The notes under the pieces were generated by a model. The model worked only from the letters and a program-made list of their open reading frames with translations. It made no database searches and was not told the origin of the DNA. Made by a program: the position numbers and the translations under genes. Source: Verrucomicrobiota bacterium (lineage in GTDB: Bacteria > Verrucomicrobiota > Verrucomicrobiia > Verrucomicrobiales > Akkermansiaceae). From it: a stretch of 64,000 nt of DNA. Of this stretch, positions 28,375 through 39,202 are shown piece by piece. Position 1 is the first letter of the stretch. Each line of letters opens with the position of its first letter. The DNA lies in assembly GCA_030835305.1 (NCBI GenBank), contig JAURPJ010000032.1:29368-93367 (forward strand), read 5' to 3'.

Positions 28375-29705
28375 AACCCTATCCTCTCCAGCAACTCGCG
28401 CACGCGATGAACGGCTCCCTTCTACAGGGCGGGGAGGATTTCATCATTTCGGCGGGTGTTTCGACCGATACCCGGAGTATCGCGACCGGGGCCTTGTTCT
28501 TTGCCCTCAAGGGGGAGAATTTTGACGCGCATCACTTCTTGGTCCAGGCGGTAGAGGCGGGAGCGGGAGCCCTCGTGGTTCAGAATGATTCAGATCTGCC
28601 GGAAGGAGTTCCCTTGGTGCTCGTCAATGATACCCTGGAAGCACTTCAGGCGTTGGCCAAGTGGTATCGAAGCAAGTTGGGGATTCCGGTCGTTGCCATC
28701 ACCGGGTCCAATGGAAAGACCTCGACCAAGGATCTGACACGCAGTGTTCTCAGTCAGAAGTTCCGAGTGAATGCCACCCTCGGCAATCTCAATAACCACA
28801 TTGGCCTTCCTCTGACGGTCCTCTCGACAGAAGCGGATGACGAAGTCGGCGTCTTTGAAATGGGCATAAACCATTCCGGCGAACTTGCACCTCTTTGTGA
28901 GATCGGGCAGCCGGATGTGAGCATAATTACCAACATTGGGACCGCCCATATCGAGCACCTGGGAAGTCGTGAGGCAATCGCCCTTGAGAAGGGAACGGTG
29001 GCCCGTGCTTTGAGCGAGAAGGGCACTCTGCTTGTGCCGGGTGATTGCGATTACGTGGAGCAATTTCGCGCATCCACTCCCGCTAGTGTGATCACCGTAG
29101 GTGATGGCGTGATTCGAGCCGAGAACATCATGCCTGGAGAAAGCGGTTCCAGTTTTGATCTCGTGATCGATGGGTTGGGAATGGTGAGAACTTCAATCGC
29201 GGTCTCTGGGCGCCACATGATCAGCAATGCCCTGCTTGCTGCGGGAGCGGGATTCGTACTCGGTCTTACTCTTGATGAGATTTCGGCTGGTCTTCGGAAT
29301 GCTGAGCTTACCAGTGGTCGACTTCGACGCTACTGCAGCAACGAGGTGACTGTGATTGACGATACCTACAATGCCAATCCCGAGTCAGTGATCGCAGCTC
29401 TGGAAACGCTCGCGGGGCTCCCCGGGGACGGACGTCGGATTGCCGCGCTTGGGATGATGGCCGAGCTCGGCGATCACGCTGCGGCGGCTTACCCCAAAAT
29501 TGGTCGCAGCGCTGCCGATCTCAAATTGACTTTGGTCACAGTCGGTGAGGACGCAAAGGCCTACGGTGCCAATCATCATTTCAACACTCGAGAAGAAGCT
29601 GCCACGTGGTTGTCCGAAGAGACCTCTTCTGGTGACATTGTTCTCTTTAAAGGAAGTCGGATGGCCGCGATGGAGCGGGTCATGAAACTCGCGTTTCCCG
29701 AATAA
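28371..29705 (+). CDS. murF: UDP-MurNAc-tripeptide:D-Ala-D-Ala ligase MurF
   Basis: ITGSNGKTSTKD. DDTYNANPES. ATGA overlap with murE. Confidence 0.9.
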   Translation: MKPYPLQQLAHAMNGSLLQGGEDFIISAGVSTDTRSIATGALFFALKGENFDAHHFLVQAVEAGAGALVVQNDSDLPEGVPLVLVNDTLEALQALAKWYRSKLGIPVVAITGSNGKTSTKDLTRSVLSQKFRVNATLGNLNNHIGLPLTVLSTEADDEVGVFEMGINHSGELAPLCEIGQPDVSIITNIGTAHIEHLGSREAIALEKGTVARALSEKGTLLVPGDCDYVEQFRASTPASVITVGDGVIRAENIMPGESGSSFDLVIDGLGMVRTSIAVSGRHMISNALLAAGAGFVLGLTLDEISAGLRNAELTSGRLRRYCSNEVTVIDDTYNANPESVIAALETLAGLPGDGRRIAALGMMAELGDHAAAAYPKIGRSAADLKLTLVTVGEDAKAYGANHHFNTREEAATWLSEETSSGDIVLFKGSRMAAMERVMKLAFPE

Positions 29706-29718
29706 TTCCGACAAAATC

Positions 29719-30885
29719 ATGCTGTATTGGATCCATCAAATTTGGAAAAAAGCCGAGGAATCGGGTTCGGACTGGGCGGAAACCTTTTCGTTCCTGAGAA
29801 TTCTCGGATACATTTCCGTGCGCGCCGGGCTAGCCACGCTGATTGCGTTCCTGCTGACCCTTTTGATCGGCGAGCGAGTGATCCGAAAGCTCATTTCCAT
29901 GAAAGTGGGGCAGCCGCTGAGAACGGCCGAGGAAGTTCACAAGCTTGCCGAACTTCACGGTGGCAAAGCCGGAACTCCTACAATGGGAGGAATCATGATT
30001 CTGGGAACGACCATGGCTGCCATCCTGATTTGTGGACGCATCCTCAACCCGTTTGTTCTGGTGGTGTCGATCGTGACTCTCGCTCTGGGCGTCCTGGGTT
30101 TCCTGGATGATTATCAAAAAGTGGCCAAAAAGAATTCCGACGGCGTCAGCGGCAGGTTGAAGCTCGTTTGGCAGGCCGCGGTCGGACTCGGTGCGGGGCT
30201 TTTTCTCTACTTGAATCCCGAAACTTCAAGTTACGTGTTCTACTCAACCAAGGAGGGGGTTGAGGCCGCCAATGTCACTGATTTTGGATTCCCGCTTTTG
30301 ACCTTCATCATTCCGCTGAGCTTGATCGCCATACCGCTCTTCATGGCTATCCTCATGGGGACATCCAATGCGGTGAACCTGACCGATGGGTTGGACGGAT
30401 TGGCGACCGGGGTGACCATCACGGTGGCGATAGCCTACGCTGTGATCACCTACCTCGGGGGGCGGGCCGATGCTTCCGAATACCTTCACATTTTCCATAA
30501 CCCCGGCTTGTCCGAGCTTTGCATCGTGATGATGGCTCTCGTGGGAGCCTGTTTCGGATTTCTCTGGTTTAACTGCCATCCGGCAAAGGTTTTTATGGGG
30601 GATACCGGTTCGTTGGCGATTGGTGGTGCCATTGGGATGACCGCGATTTGCGCCAAACAGGAATTCCTCCTCGTGATCGTTGGGTTCGTTTTTGTGATGG
30701 AGGCGGTTTCAGTGATCCTCCAGGTCGGAAGCTTCAAACTTCGAGGCAAGCGTATTTTTGCAATGGCGCCCATTCACCACCACTTTGAACTTCGAGGCTG
30801 GAATGAAAATCAGGTTATCATCCGATTCTGGATCATCTCCATCCTCTGCAGCCTGGGCGGTCTCGCCCTGTTGAAAGTCATCTAA
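29719..30885 (+). CDS. mraY: Phospho-MurNAc-pentapeptide translocase MraY
   Basis: NAVNLTDGLDGLA, FMGDTGSLAIGG, APIHHHFE. Confidence 0.95.
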   Translation: MLYWIHQIWKKAEESGSDWAETFSFLRILGYISVRAGLATLIAFLLTLLIGERVIRKLISMKVGQPLRTAEEVHKLAELHGGKAGTPTMGGIMILGTTMAAILICGRILNPFVLVVSIVTLALGVLGFLDDYQKVAKKNSDGVSGRLKLVWQAAVGLGAGLFLYLNPETSSYVFYSTKEGVEAANVTDFGFPLLTFIIPLSLIAIPLFMAILMGTSNAVNLTDGLDGLATGVTITVAIAYAVITYLGGRADASEYLHIFHNPGLSELCIVMMALVGACFGFLWFNCHPAKVFMGDTGSLAIGGAIGMTAICAKQEFLLVIVGFVFVMEAVSVILQVGSFKLRGKRIFAMAPIHHHFELRGWNENQVIIRFWIISILCSLGGLALLKVI

Positions 30886-32162
30886 TGCTCAATCTTACCA
30901 AAAAAACAGTAGCCGTTCTCGGGGCAGGACGCAGTGGCCGTGCCGCTGCCCGTCTCGCGGAGCACTGTGGTGCCCGGGTGACAATCTACGATTCCCGCGA
31001 AGCTGAGGAAGCAGTCCAAGCAGGTCCGACTACCGGGCTTGGAGTGAATGTCGATCTTGTCGTGGTTAGCCCGGGAATTGAGACTCAAGGAGAGTTCGTC
31101 CAATCCTTTGCCAAGGGGAGTGGCGCGCTGTGGGCTGAAATTGAATTGGCCTGGCGATGCTATTCCGGAAAGACCATCGGGATTACCGGGACGAATGGTA
31201 AGACGACCACGACCGAGTTGGTCCGGGATTTGGTCGAGGCCACCGGCAAGAGTTGCGTAGCTTGCGGGAATTACGGTGTGCCTCTTTCCGAAGTCGTTCT
31301 TTACAATTCTCCTCCCGAAGTGATTTCACTCGAGCTAAGTTCCTTCCAGCTGGAAACTATTGTGGATTTTAAGCCGGATGTCGTCATCTGGTTGAATTTT
31401 TCGCCTGATCATATGGATCGTTATCACTCGATCGAGGAGTATCGGGAGGCCAAACTGCGGATTTTTGACAATATTGAGGATGAGACCCCGGTCGTGGTCA
31501 GGGCCGGATCCAAAGTTCCTGAGCGGGGAAGCCGGATCACTTTCTCAGCCGATGGCGAAGCCGACTGGACTCTGTCGGGCGATGATATCCTTTGCTGCGG
31601 CGAAGCATTTGTGGCAATCTCCGGAACCAAGTTGCGTGGCTTGCACAATGCCGAAAACTTAATGGCTGCCTGTGCGGCGGTTGAGGAATTGACTTGCGAA
31701 GTTGCCCGGGAAACTCTTTCGAAATACAGCCCGCCCGAGCATCGCTGTGAGTTGGTGGCAATCGTCGATGGGGTCGAATACCTCAATGATTCAAAGGCTA
31801 CGAATCTTCATGCTCTCGAGTCAGCCTTGCGCTCGCAAACTAGACCCACCGTTTTGATAGCCGGAGGAAAGCAGAAAGGTCTGAACTACCAACCATTGGC
31901 TCCTTTGCTCGCCGGGAAAGCCAAAGCGATGATCACCTTTGGTGAAATTGGCGAGGAGTTGTACTCCGTTTTTTCGACCACTGTCCCATGCCGGAAGGTG
32001 GAAACTCTTGAAGAAGCGGTCCCTGCTGCCGCGGCCGAAGCAAGCCGTGGCGATACCATTCTCTTTTCTCCCGGCACTTCTTCCTTTGATCAATTTAACG
32101 GCTACGAGGAGCGCGGGCGGGCTTTCAAAGCCGCCGTGCCCCGACTGACAAAAACCCTGTGA
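30885..32162 (+). CDS. murD: UDP-MurNAc-L-Ala:D-Glu ligase MurD
   Basis: GITGTNGKTTTTE. DSKATN. 1-nt overlap with the mraY stop. Confidence 0.9.
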   Translation: MLNLTKKTVAVLGAGRSGRAAARLAEHCGARVTIYDSREAEEAVQAGPTTGLGVNVDLVVVSPGIETQGEFVQSFAKGSGALWAEIELAWRCYSGKTIGITGTNGKTTTTELVRDLVEATGKSCVACGNYGVPLSEVVLYNSPPEVISLELSSFQLETIVDFKPDVVIWLNFSPDHMDRYHSIEEYREAKLRIFDNIEDETPVVVRAGSKVPERGSRITFSADGEADWTLSGDDILCCGEAFVAISGTKLRGLHNAENLMAACAAVEELTCEVARETLSKYSPPEHRCELVAIVDGVEYLNDSKATNLHALESALRSQTRPTVLIAGGKQKGLNYQPLAPLLAGKAKAMITFGEIGEELYSVFSTTVPCRKVETLEEAVPAAAAEASRGDTILFSPGTSSFDQFNGYEERGRAFKAAVPRLTKTL

Positions 32163-32175
32163 ACCATTCCAAACC

Positions 32176-33045
32176 ATGAAGACTCCACGAACACTACAAA
32201 CCAGAAGAACCCGCCCTAAGACGGGTTTCCGCATCATGCACGCTGCCACCCGATCGACGAAAAAGAGGAAACAGCGCGCTTCGACCACTGCTGTTCCCGA
32301 AGATCTCGGTGAAGTCCCCGGAGTCGGAGTTCCACTCGCGCTGGTTGTGATTTTACTCCTTCACATTGCAGCGATCGCCGGCATCTGGATCCATGACAAA
32401 TGGAGTGAAAGTGCCAACCTTAAGGCGACAAAGGTTGCTCTGAAGGATAATGTCCCTCCCCAAAGAAATCCTGCATTGGATTTTGATGTTGTGAGCAGGG
32501 GAGAAACAATGGAATCGATCGCTAGGAAGCATGATGTCACCACAGACGCCTTGATTAGCGCCAACGATGGAATCGCTGAATTGCAGATTGGATGGAAGTA
32601 TAACATTCCACAGCGCCCCAGCGTAATTGCTGGTCCAGCCGATGCCGTCGCGGGTCGCAGTGAAGCGACGGAAGAGCCGCTGCGCTATACTCCGCAATCA
32701 CGGCCTTTGATCCAGACCCGTGATGATGAAAGTATCCCTGGAGCTCTTCCGGGACCTTTGGTTGAAGTCGGGGGGGCGGAAGCAGAATCCGGAATGACCG
32801 ACGAGCCTGTCTTGATCCGCCCGGTCGAGCCTGTTCGGGTTGATTCGTTTCACGTCGATCCTGCGCGTCCGGAATCTGCACCTGCCAGTGGTGCACGACA
32901 ACATATTGTAAAGTCGGGCGAAACTCTTTGGAGAATTGCCAAGAATAACAAGATCACGGTAGATCAGCTCAAGCAGGCGAATCCCAATGTGAATGTCAAC
33001 GTGCTCAAGATTGGCGCGAAATTGGTCATTCCACCGAGTCGCTAA
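32176..33045 (+). CDS. Membrane-anchored protein with two LysM domains, inserted between murD and ftsW
   Basis: TM segment PLALVVILLLHIAAIAGIWI. LysM 1: VVSRGETMESIARKHDVTTDALISANDG..LQIGWKYNIP. LysM 2: HIVKSGETLWRIAKNNKITVDQLKQANPNV..LKIGAKLVIP. Confidence 0.8.
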   Translation: MKTPRTLQTRRTRPKTGFRIMHAATRSTKKRKQRASTTAVPEDLGEVPGVGVPLALVVILLLHIAAIAGIWIHDKWSESANLKATKVALKDNVPPQRNPALDFDVVSRGETMESIARKHDVTTDALISANDGIAELQIGWKYNIPQRPSVIAGPADAVAGRSEATEEPLRYTPQSRPLIQTRDDESIPGALPGPLVEVGGAEAESGMTDEPVLIRPVEPVRVDSFHVDPARPESAPASGARQHIVKSGETLWRIAKNNKITVDQLKQANPNVNVNVLKIGAKLVIPPSR

Positions 33046-33061
33046 TTCATAGTCTCTGCAC

Positions 33062-34204
33062 GTGGGTAAAGGAGCTTCCATCATTCTGTGTCTGGCCGTC
33101 GCCGCACTTATCACCTTGGGCTTGGTGATGCTGGCGAGCGCCAGTGCGAAGTGGGACTACTCAGTGAATCAATACTCATATTTGGTCCGCCAGGCAACCT
33201 GGTTGGGAATTGGAGTTGTGGTGATGACGATCATGGCTCTCATGGATTACCGGATTCTTCAAAAGTTAGCTTGGCCGCTTTTTATTGCGGTCAGTATAGC
33301 GTTGCTTCTTTGTTACGTCCCGGGAATTGGTGATGCCGCAAAGGGAGAGAATCGTTGGATCGTCTTGCCGGTGATCGGTCGTTTTCAACCATCTGAACCT
33401 GCCAAACTGGTGATCATGGTGGCTCTTGCCTCATGGTTCGCGAAATATCAGGCAGAGACCAAAAGCTTCTGGAGAGGATTTGTGATTCCTTCGCTCATTC
33501 TGGGTGTTCCACTTATGTTAATTCTTTTTGAGATGGATATGGGAACAGCAGCTGGTTTGGGGGCGGCCGGATTGATCGTGCTCTTTGTGTCCGGAACCCG
33601 TATGCGCTATCTCGGGACTTCGGTCGTGATCACCCTGGCACTGGCGTATCAACTGGTTCGGAGCAATCCCAACCGATGGGAGCGAATCATCGCCTTTTTG
33701 GATTTGGAAACTTACAAGGAAGGGCGTGGTTGGCAGCAGTGGCTCGCGACTCAGGCATTTGGAAACGGAGGGACCGGTGGAATGGGACTGGGTAACGGAG
33801 TGGTGAAGCAAATGAATCTTCCCGAGCACCACACCGATTTTATTTTCCCCATCATTGGTGAAGAGTTGGGCGTTTTTGTGACGATGGGAGTGGTTCTTTG
33901 TTTCGTGGTGATCTTTTTGATCGGGTTGGGAATTTCAATGCAAGCCTCAGACCGCTTCGGAGGGGTGCTCGGAATCGGAGTGACCTCGGCCCTGATCATT
34001 CCAGCAATGATGAACCTTGGAGTGACCACGGCATCCCTTCCAAATACCGGCCTTCCTCTACCTTTCGTAAGTTATGGTGGATCGAATCTGGTCTTCAGCT
34101 TTGCAATGATCGGAGTGCTTCTTAGCATCTTGCGTCGCTCGCACTCCGGCGATGTCACCGAAATGCCAGCTATGAAACAAAAGATTCTTGAAGTTAGATT
34201 ATAA
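33062..34204 (+). CDS. ftsW: SEDS-family peptidoglycan glycosyltransferase FtsW
   Basis: GTG start. Polytopic membrane protein. ..PEHHTDFIFPIIGEELG.. and ..LPNTGLPLPFVSYGGSNL.. Confidence 0.9.
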   Translation: MGKGASIILCLAVAALITLGLVMLASASAKWDYSVNQYSYLVRQATWLGIGVVVMTIMALMDYRILQKLAWPLFIAVSIALLLCYVPGIGDAAKGENRWIVLPVIGRFQPSEPAKLVIMVALASWFAKYQAETKSFWRGFVIPSLILGVPLMLILFEMDMGTAAGLGAAGLIVLFVSGTRMRYLGTSVVITLALAYQLVRSNPNRWERIIAFLDLETYKEGRGWQQWLATQAFGNGGTGGMGLGNGVVKQMNLPEHHTDFIFPIIGEELGVFVTMGVVLCFVVIFLIGLGISMQASDRFGGVLGIGVTSALIIPAMMNLGVTTASLPNTGLPLPFVSYGGSNLVFSFAMIGVLLSILRRSHSGDVTEMPAMKQKILEVRL

Positions 34205-34302
34205 TCATTTTCAATAATCGGATGGTCTGGACTCTCTTCTTCAGACTAATTAAATAGTTATTGCATCGTAAATATTTAATTGAGTTATTAACGACCCTGC
34301 AA

Positions 34303-34629
34303 CTACAGAAAACCATCCGTCAACTTGCGCTCGCGGCTCCCCAGCATTTTGGCTACCGCCACCTTGCTTTTGTCGTCACTGATAAGCGCCGGAACCGCTC
34401 AAAAAAAACGGAAGGCCCGCACGTGCCCTTCCCAAAAAGTCTCGGTGTTCTCGCGCTCAATCACCTGCACAAAAAAGTTATCACTGTAGGCTACACTGAT
34501 TACGAAGAACGGTCTCTTGTTGAGTTCTTCATCGACGTTCACCAAAGCATGACCAAAAGCCCATCTGGGGGCTCGCGCCCGTTGTTCCATACCTATATAC
34601 AAATATCCTTTCTTGAATGCGTGCCGCTT
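34303..34629 (-). pseudogene. Remnant of an IS21-family transposase (IstA DDE core) with an in-frame TGA, truncated at both ends
   Basis: The minus frame reads ..RPFFVISVAYSDNFFVQVIERENTETFWEGHVRAFRFF*AVPALISDDKSKVAVAKMLGSRERKLTDGFL*. This lines up with the IS21 IstA segment as I recall it (..FAVNTLGFSRRFHVFAAPKQDAEHTYESLVRAFRYFGGCVKTVLVDNQKAAVLK....VFNSGFL). Track ORF 34399..34602 is its middle piece. Confidence 0.65.
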
Positions 34630-34849
34630 TTATCCTGACCCGAAAACCGCATTGCTTTTGCCCCGGCGTTTACAATTTACGGGTGGTCCAAGGGTGCTAC
34701 TTTTGACAGTCGATTTGAATGATTCCTTGGCTTCGGTGCTGAGGCGGCAGGGATTTGCAGTGTAACTGTTGACTGAGACAGTGTCGCTTCATGCCGGTCG
34801 GCTGTCGGGTGCGCGCGTATGTATTTTTAACAAAGTGCCGGCCGAATAG

Positions 34850-35308
34850 ATGCCACGTAAGTTGGAAGAAGGACCGGTGGTGCGGGAAGTTGCCCTCGTC
34901 GGGGAGTATGCGCTGCCTTTTGGACCGTTCCATGTCGGAAGCAGTGCGGAGTGGGCTTTTGAACGCAAGCAAGTCGATGCACTAAGGAATTTGGCGGCGA
35001 TATCGGGTGGTCGTGAGCTGCTCGATCCTAAAAAAGCGTAGGTGAAACCGGAGCAGATCCAAGTGACCGATATCTGCGGCCGGTTGGTTTTCGGAGTCTT
35101 TCTGTGTGTCTTGGTGACCCGGGAGGGTTGGCCGTTATGGCAAGGGGAGGGAAAACAGGTGAAGATTTCCGCAAAGCCAGGCAAACCCATAAAAGTGATC
35201 GCGCCGACGCCGAAGCCCGAACCGACAGAACAGCAGGGTGACGGAGTGAGCGCGGCAAGCGCGAGTGCCAAGCGCTGTGATCGCTTTGCCTCCAAAAAGA
35301 GGCGTTAG
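34850..35308 (+). pseudogene. Reading frame interrupted by an in-frame TAG (35039-35041); possible C-terminal remnant of a membrane protein
   Basis: Track ORFs 34850..35041 and 35042..35308 are in the same frame: ..ALRNLAAISGGRELLDPKKA*VKPEQIQVTDICGRLVFGVFLCVLVTREGW.. There is a stop immediately upstream of the ATG at 34850. Confidence 0.3.
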
Positions 35309-35314
35309 AACTCG

Positions 35315-36289
35315 CTATGGTTTGGGTAGAATCCAGATGTTCCGGAAGACCACAGGATTACCGTGATCCTGAAGATAGATGGGAAGCGGTTCGTCTTTGA
35401 GTGCTCCTTTCCCAGGAGCAGCCGTAGTGTTATCCTTGGGTAACTCTCGACTCTCATGAATGGTCACTCCGTTGAGCTGGACCGTCATGCGTGGCCAGGC
35501 GGTGCGCTTGCCGTTTTCGTCAAACTTGGCGGCGGTAAAAGTGACATCGTATGTTTGCCAGGTGAGGGGAGGGAGGCAAGCGTTTACATCGGGCTCGGCG
35601 ATAGAGTAGATGCCTCCGCATTCGTTCATTTTTCCGTCGAGTGCGAAAGAATCGAGAACCTGGGTTTCCCAGCGTCCGCCAAAATACACTCCGCTGTTTC
35701 CGCGACCCTGCCCACGGGCAAGGGGCTTGTAGGGAGTGCGAAATTCAAGGTGCAGCTTGTAGTTCTTGAACTTGGGCTTACTCGTGACGCCGGTGGCCTG
35801 AAGGAGGCCGTTCTTCATCTTGCCGTTTTGCCAATGCTCCACGCTTGTTCCATCAAAGAGCACCGTGGCACCCTCGGGAGCTTTTGCGTCGAGTGTCGGG
35901 CTTTGACGGCTGATACGGGCAAGTTTAATGGCATCCTTGCCGTCTTGCTGGATGGTCAGAATTTTCTCGTTGAGGAGGGCGGAGATTCCCTTTTCTTTTG
36001 CGAACGTGACGGTTCCTTCCTCAAGGGTGCCCGTCAATTTTGTCCGTGATTTACTCTTATTCCAACCCTGTCCGGGGAGCCCCCCTTCCAAAACGTAGAG
36101 GTCAAATTTCCCGTTTCCGAGCGCTACGACCTGTCCTCCGACGGGAGCCCCCTTGCGGTGGTATTCGCCTTGAATGGCAAAGTCAGGGTCTTCCCTAAGT
36201 GCGGTCTCCGGGTCGGTCCAGGTCTTGGATTGATCAGCGGCGGTCAGAAACAGAGTTGAGAGTAAGAAGGCGAAGGGAAGAGTTTTCAT
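35315..36289 (-). CDS. DUF1080 / 3-keto-disaccharide hydrolase-like secreted protein (two-domain)
   Basis: ATG 36289 (MKTLPFAFLLSTLFLTAA). ATVLFDGTSVEHWQNGKM, GNSGVYFGGRWETQVLDS, IYLQDHGNPVVFRNIWILP. Confidence 0.85.
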   Translation of the reverse strand: MKTLPFAFLLSTLFLTAADQSKTWTDPETALREDPDFAIQGEYHRKGAPVGGQVVALGNGKFDLYVLEGGLPGQGWNKSKSRTKLTGTLEEGTVTFAKEKGISALLNEKILTIQQDGKDAIKLARISRQSPTLDAKAPEGATVLFDGTSVEHWQNGKMKNGLLQATGVTSKPKFKNYKLHLEFRTPYKPLARGQGRGNSGVYFGGRWETQVLDSFALDGKMNECGGIYSIAEPDVNACLPPLTWQTYDVTFTAAKFDENGKRTAWPRMTVQLNGVTIHESRELPKDNTTAAPGKGALKDEPLPIYLQDHGNPVVFRNIWILPKP

Positions 36290-37015
36290 GGTCAAGCGTT
36301 TGATGCAATTTATGAATACTGAATGTCGGCAGGATATCTTTCCGCGGTAAAAGCGGTGGTAGCGTGATTATTCGGAATTAGATTTTGGGATCTTAAAATC
36401 CTATTTGTTGGCGATCCACCATTTACGAATGTCTCAGGCATGCCATTCGGCACGTTCGTTCGTCTCGCTTTTAAACTAGGTCTTTCAGGTCATGCGCTTA
36501 ATGTTAAGAAAAGCATTCTCACGAACGTCAGCCCAATCGAGGGTGGTGGCTTTGGTGATGATGAGATCGAGAGCTCGCTTCGAACTTCGTTGAGTCCGTT
36601 TTGTAGAGAAGAATGCAGGCGAAGTGTGGTGAAGAAAGGTCCTGACCAAGGTTGAGCGGGATGGCTGGTAGCTCGAGTTCGCCAAGGGTGATTCGTTCAA
36701 GGGTTTGGATCATCTCCCGAGAAGCGAAGCGGTCGAGCCATTTGAAGAGCCATGTAGCCTTGCCCCCGCGATCGTGTTTAGCGACGACTTCAATGAGCTT
36801 GGCTGTAATTTCCAGTCGGTCCTTGGCTGGGATTTTTCATGAGAGGTCTTCGAAAAAAGAAAAGCTGGAAAACACCGAGGAGAGTGGCGGGATCGGTTGA
36901 GTTGATAGCTTTGTCTCTTGTATCCGCAAGCGCTGGAAATGTGGCAAGTGTGAAAAAAGGGCGAGGAGTGGGAATCTCATGGTGCCTATAACTTCAATCG
37001 CAGCGCTGACGAGAG

Positions 37016-37708
37016 TCACTCGTCGTTCTCTGAAAAGTTTTCGGGAATGACTTTGAACTTTCGAAAAGCAATGGGGCCGTGGTCGCCTTGAATAAAGATG
37101 TGGTCTTTTGCCGCCCAGCCGCTGCGTTGGGCCGAGCGGGTGGGGCCTTTGGCTTCGACGTTTTTCTGAACGAGCTTGTCGTTAAGGTGTACGGAGATGA
37201 AGCGGGGGTGTTCGAGAACTTTCCCGTCCTTGTCCAAGCGGGGCGCCCGGAATTTGATGACCATTTTTTGCCACTCTCCGGCGGGCTTGGCGGCGTTGAC
37301 CGAGGGAGCGACGCCATCGTAGCCTTTCGGATCACGGTTGTTATCCCAACGGCGATACAGTCCGCCCATATCGCCATAACCGACTTTTTCCTTGCCGTGG
37401 CTGTCGAGAATTTGGATTTCATAACGGCCCTGAAGATAGATTCCGGAATTGGAGCCTTGCGGGATCAGGAATTCTGCGTCGATGGTGCAGTCGCCGAATT
37501 TTTCAATGGTTTGAAGGTAGCCCGCATTTTTTGGCGAAGTGGCGTTGGTGTAAACGGGAGGATCGGGAGAAGCAAGGATGATGAGGTTTTTGCCGCTGGC
37601 CGAGATTTTTTCAGCGGGTTGCCAGCCTTTTTGATTTTTGAAAATTTTGAGCCACTCGTTGGCGGAAACAGTGGAAGTGAGGGCGAGGAAGAGGAGCAGC
37701 GTTTTCAT
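37016..37708 (-). CDS. DUF1080 / 3-keto-disaccharide hydrolase-like secreted protein
   Basis: Start moved to ATG 37708 (MKTLLLFLALTSTVSA). SNSGIYLQGRYEIQILDS, IFIQGDHGPIAFRKFKVIP. The 88-codon upstream extension in the track is Arg/Pro-rich, non-protein-like sequence. Confidence 0.85.
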   Translation of the reverse strand: MKTLLLFLALTSTVSANEWLKIFKNQKGWQPAEKISASGKNLIILASPDPPVYTNATSPKNAGYLQTIEKFGDCTIDAEFLIPQGSNSGIYLQGRYEIQILDSHGKEKVGYGDMGGLYRRWDNNRDPKGYDGVAPSVNAAKPAGEWQKMVIKFRAPRLDKDGKVLEHPRFISVHLNDKLVQKNVEAKGPTRSAQRSGWAAKDHIFIQGDHGPIAFRKFKVIPENFSENDE

Positions 37709-37737
37709 GTGAAACGTTCTGTGATGGAAATGGATGG

Positions 37738-39156
<1,419 letters not shown>

Positions 39157-39202
39157 GGGGTTTAAGGGTGAAGGCTTAAGCTTGGTTGATGGGGAGCCTT
39201 TG

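Noticed and set aside
34261-34638. Track ORF 34261..34638(+), 125 aa with a TTG start.
   Set aside because: It is antisense to the IS21 IstA remnant, whose translation aligns to a known family. The plus-strand product has no recognisable features.
36440-36900. Plus-strand track ORFs 36440..36655 and 36652..36900.
   Set aside because: Their translations are low-complexity and Ser/Arg-rich. They lie antisense to a more protein-like, though broken, minus-strand frame.
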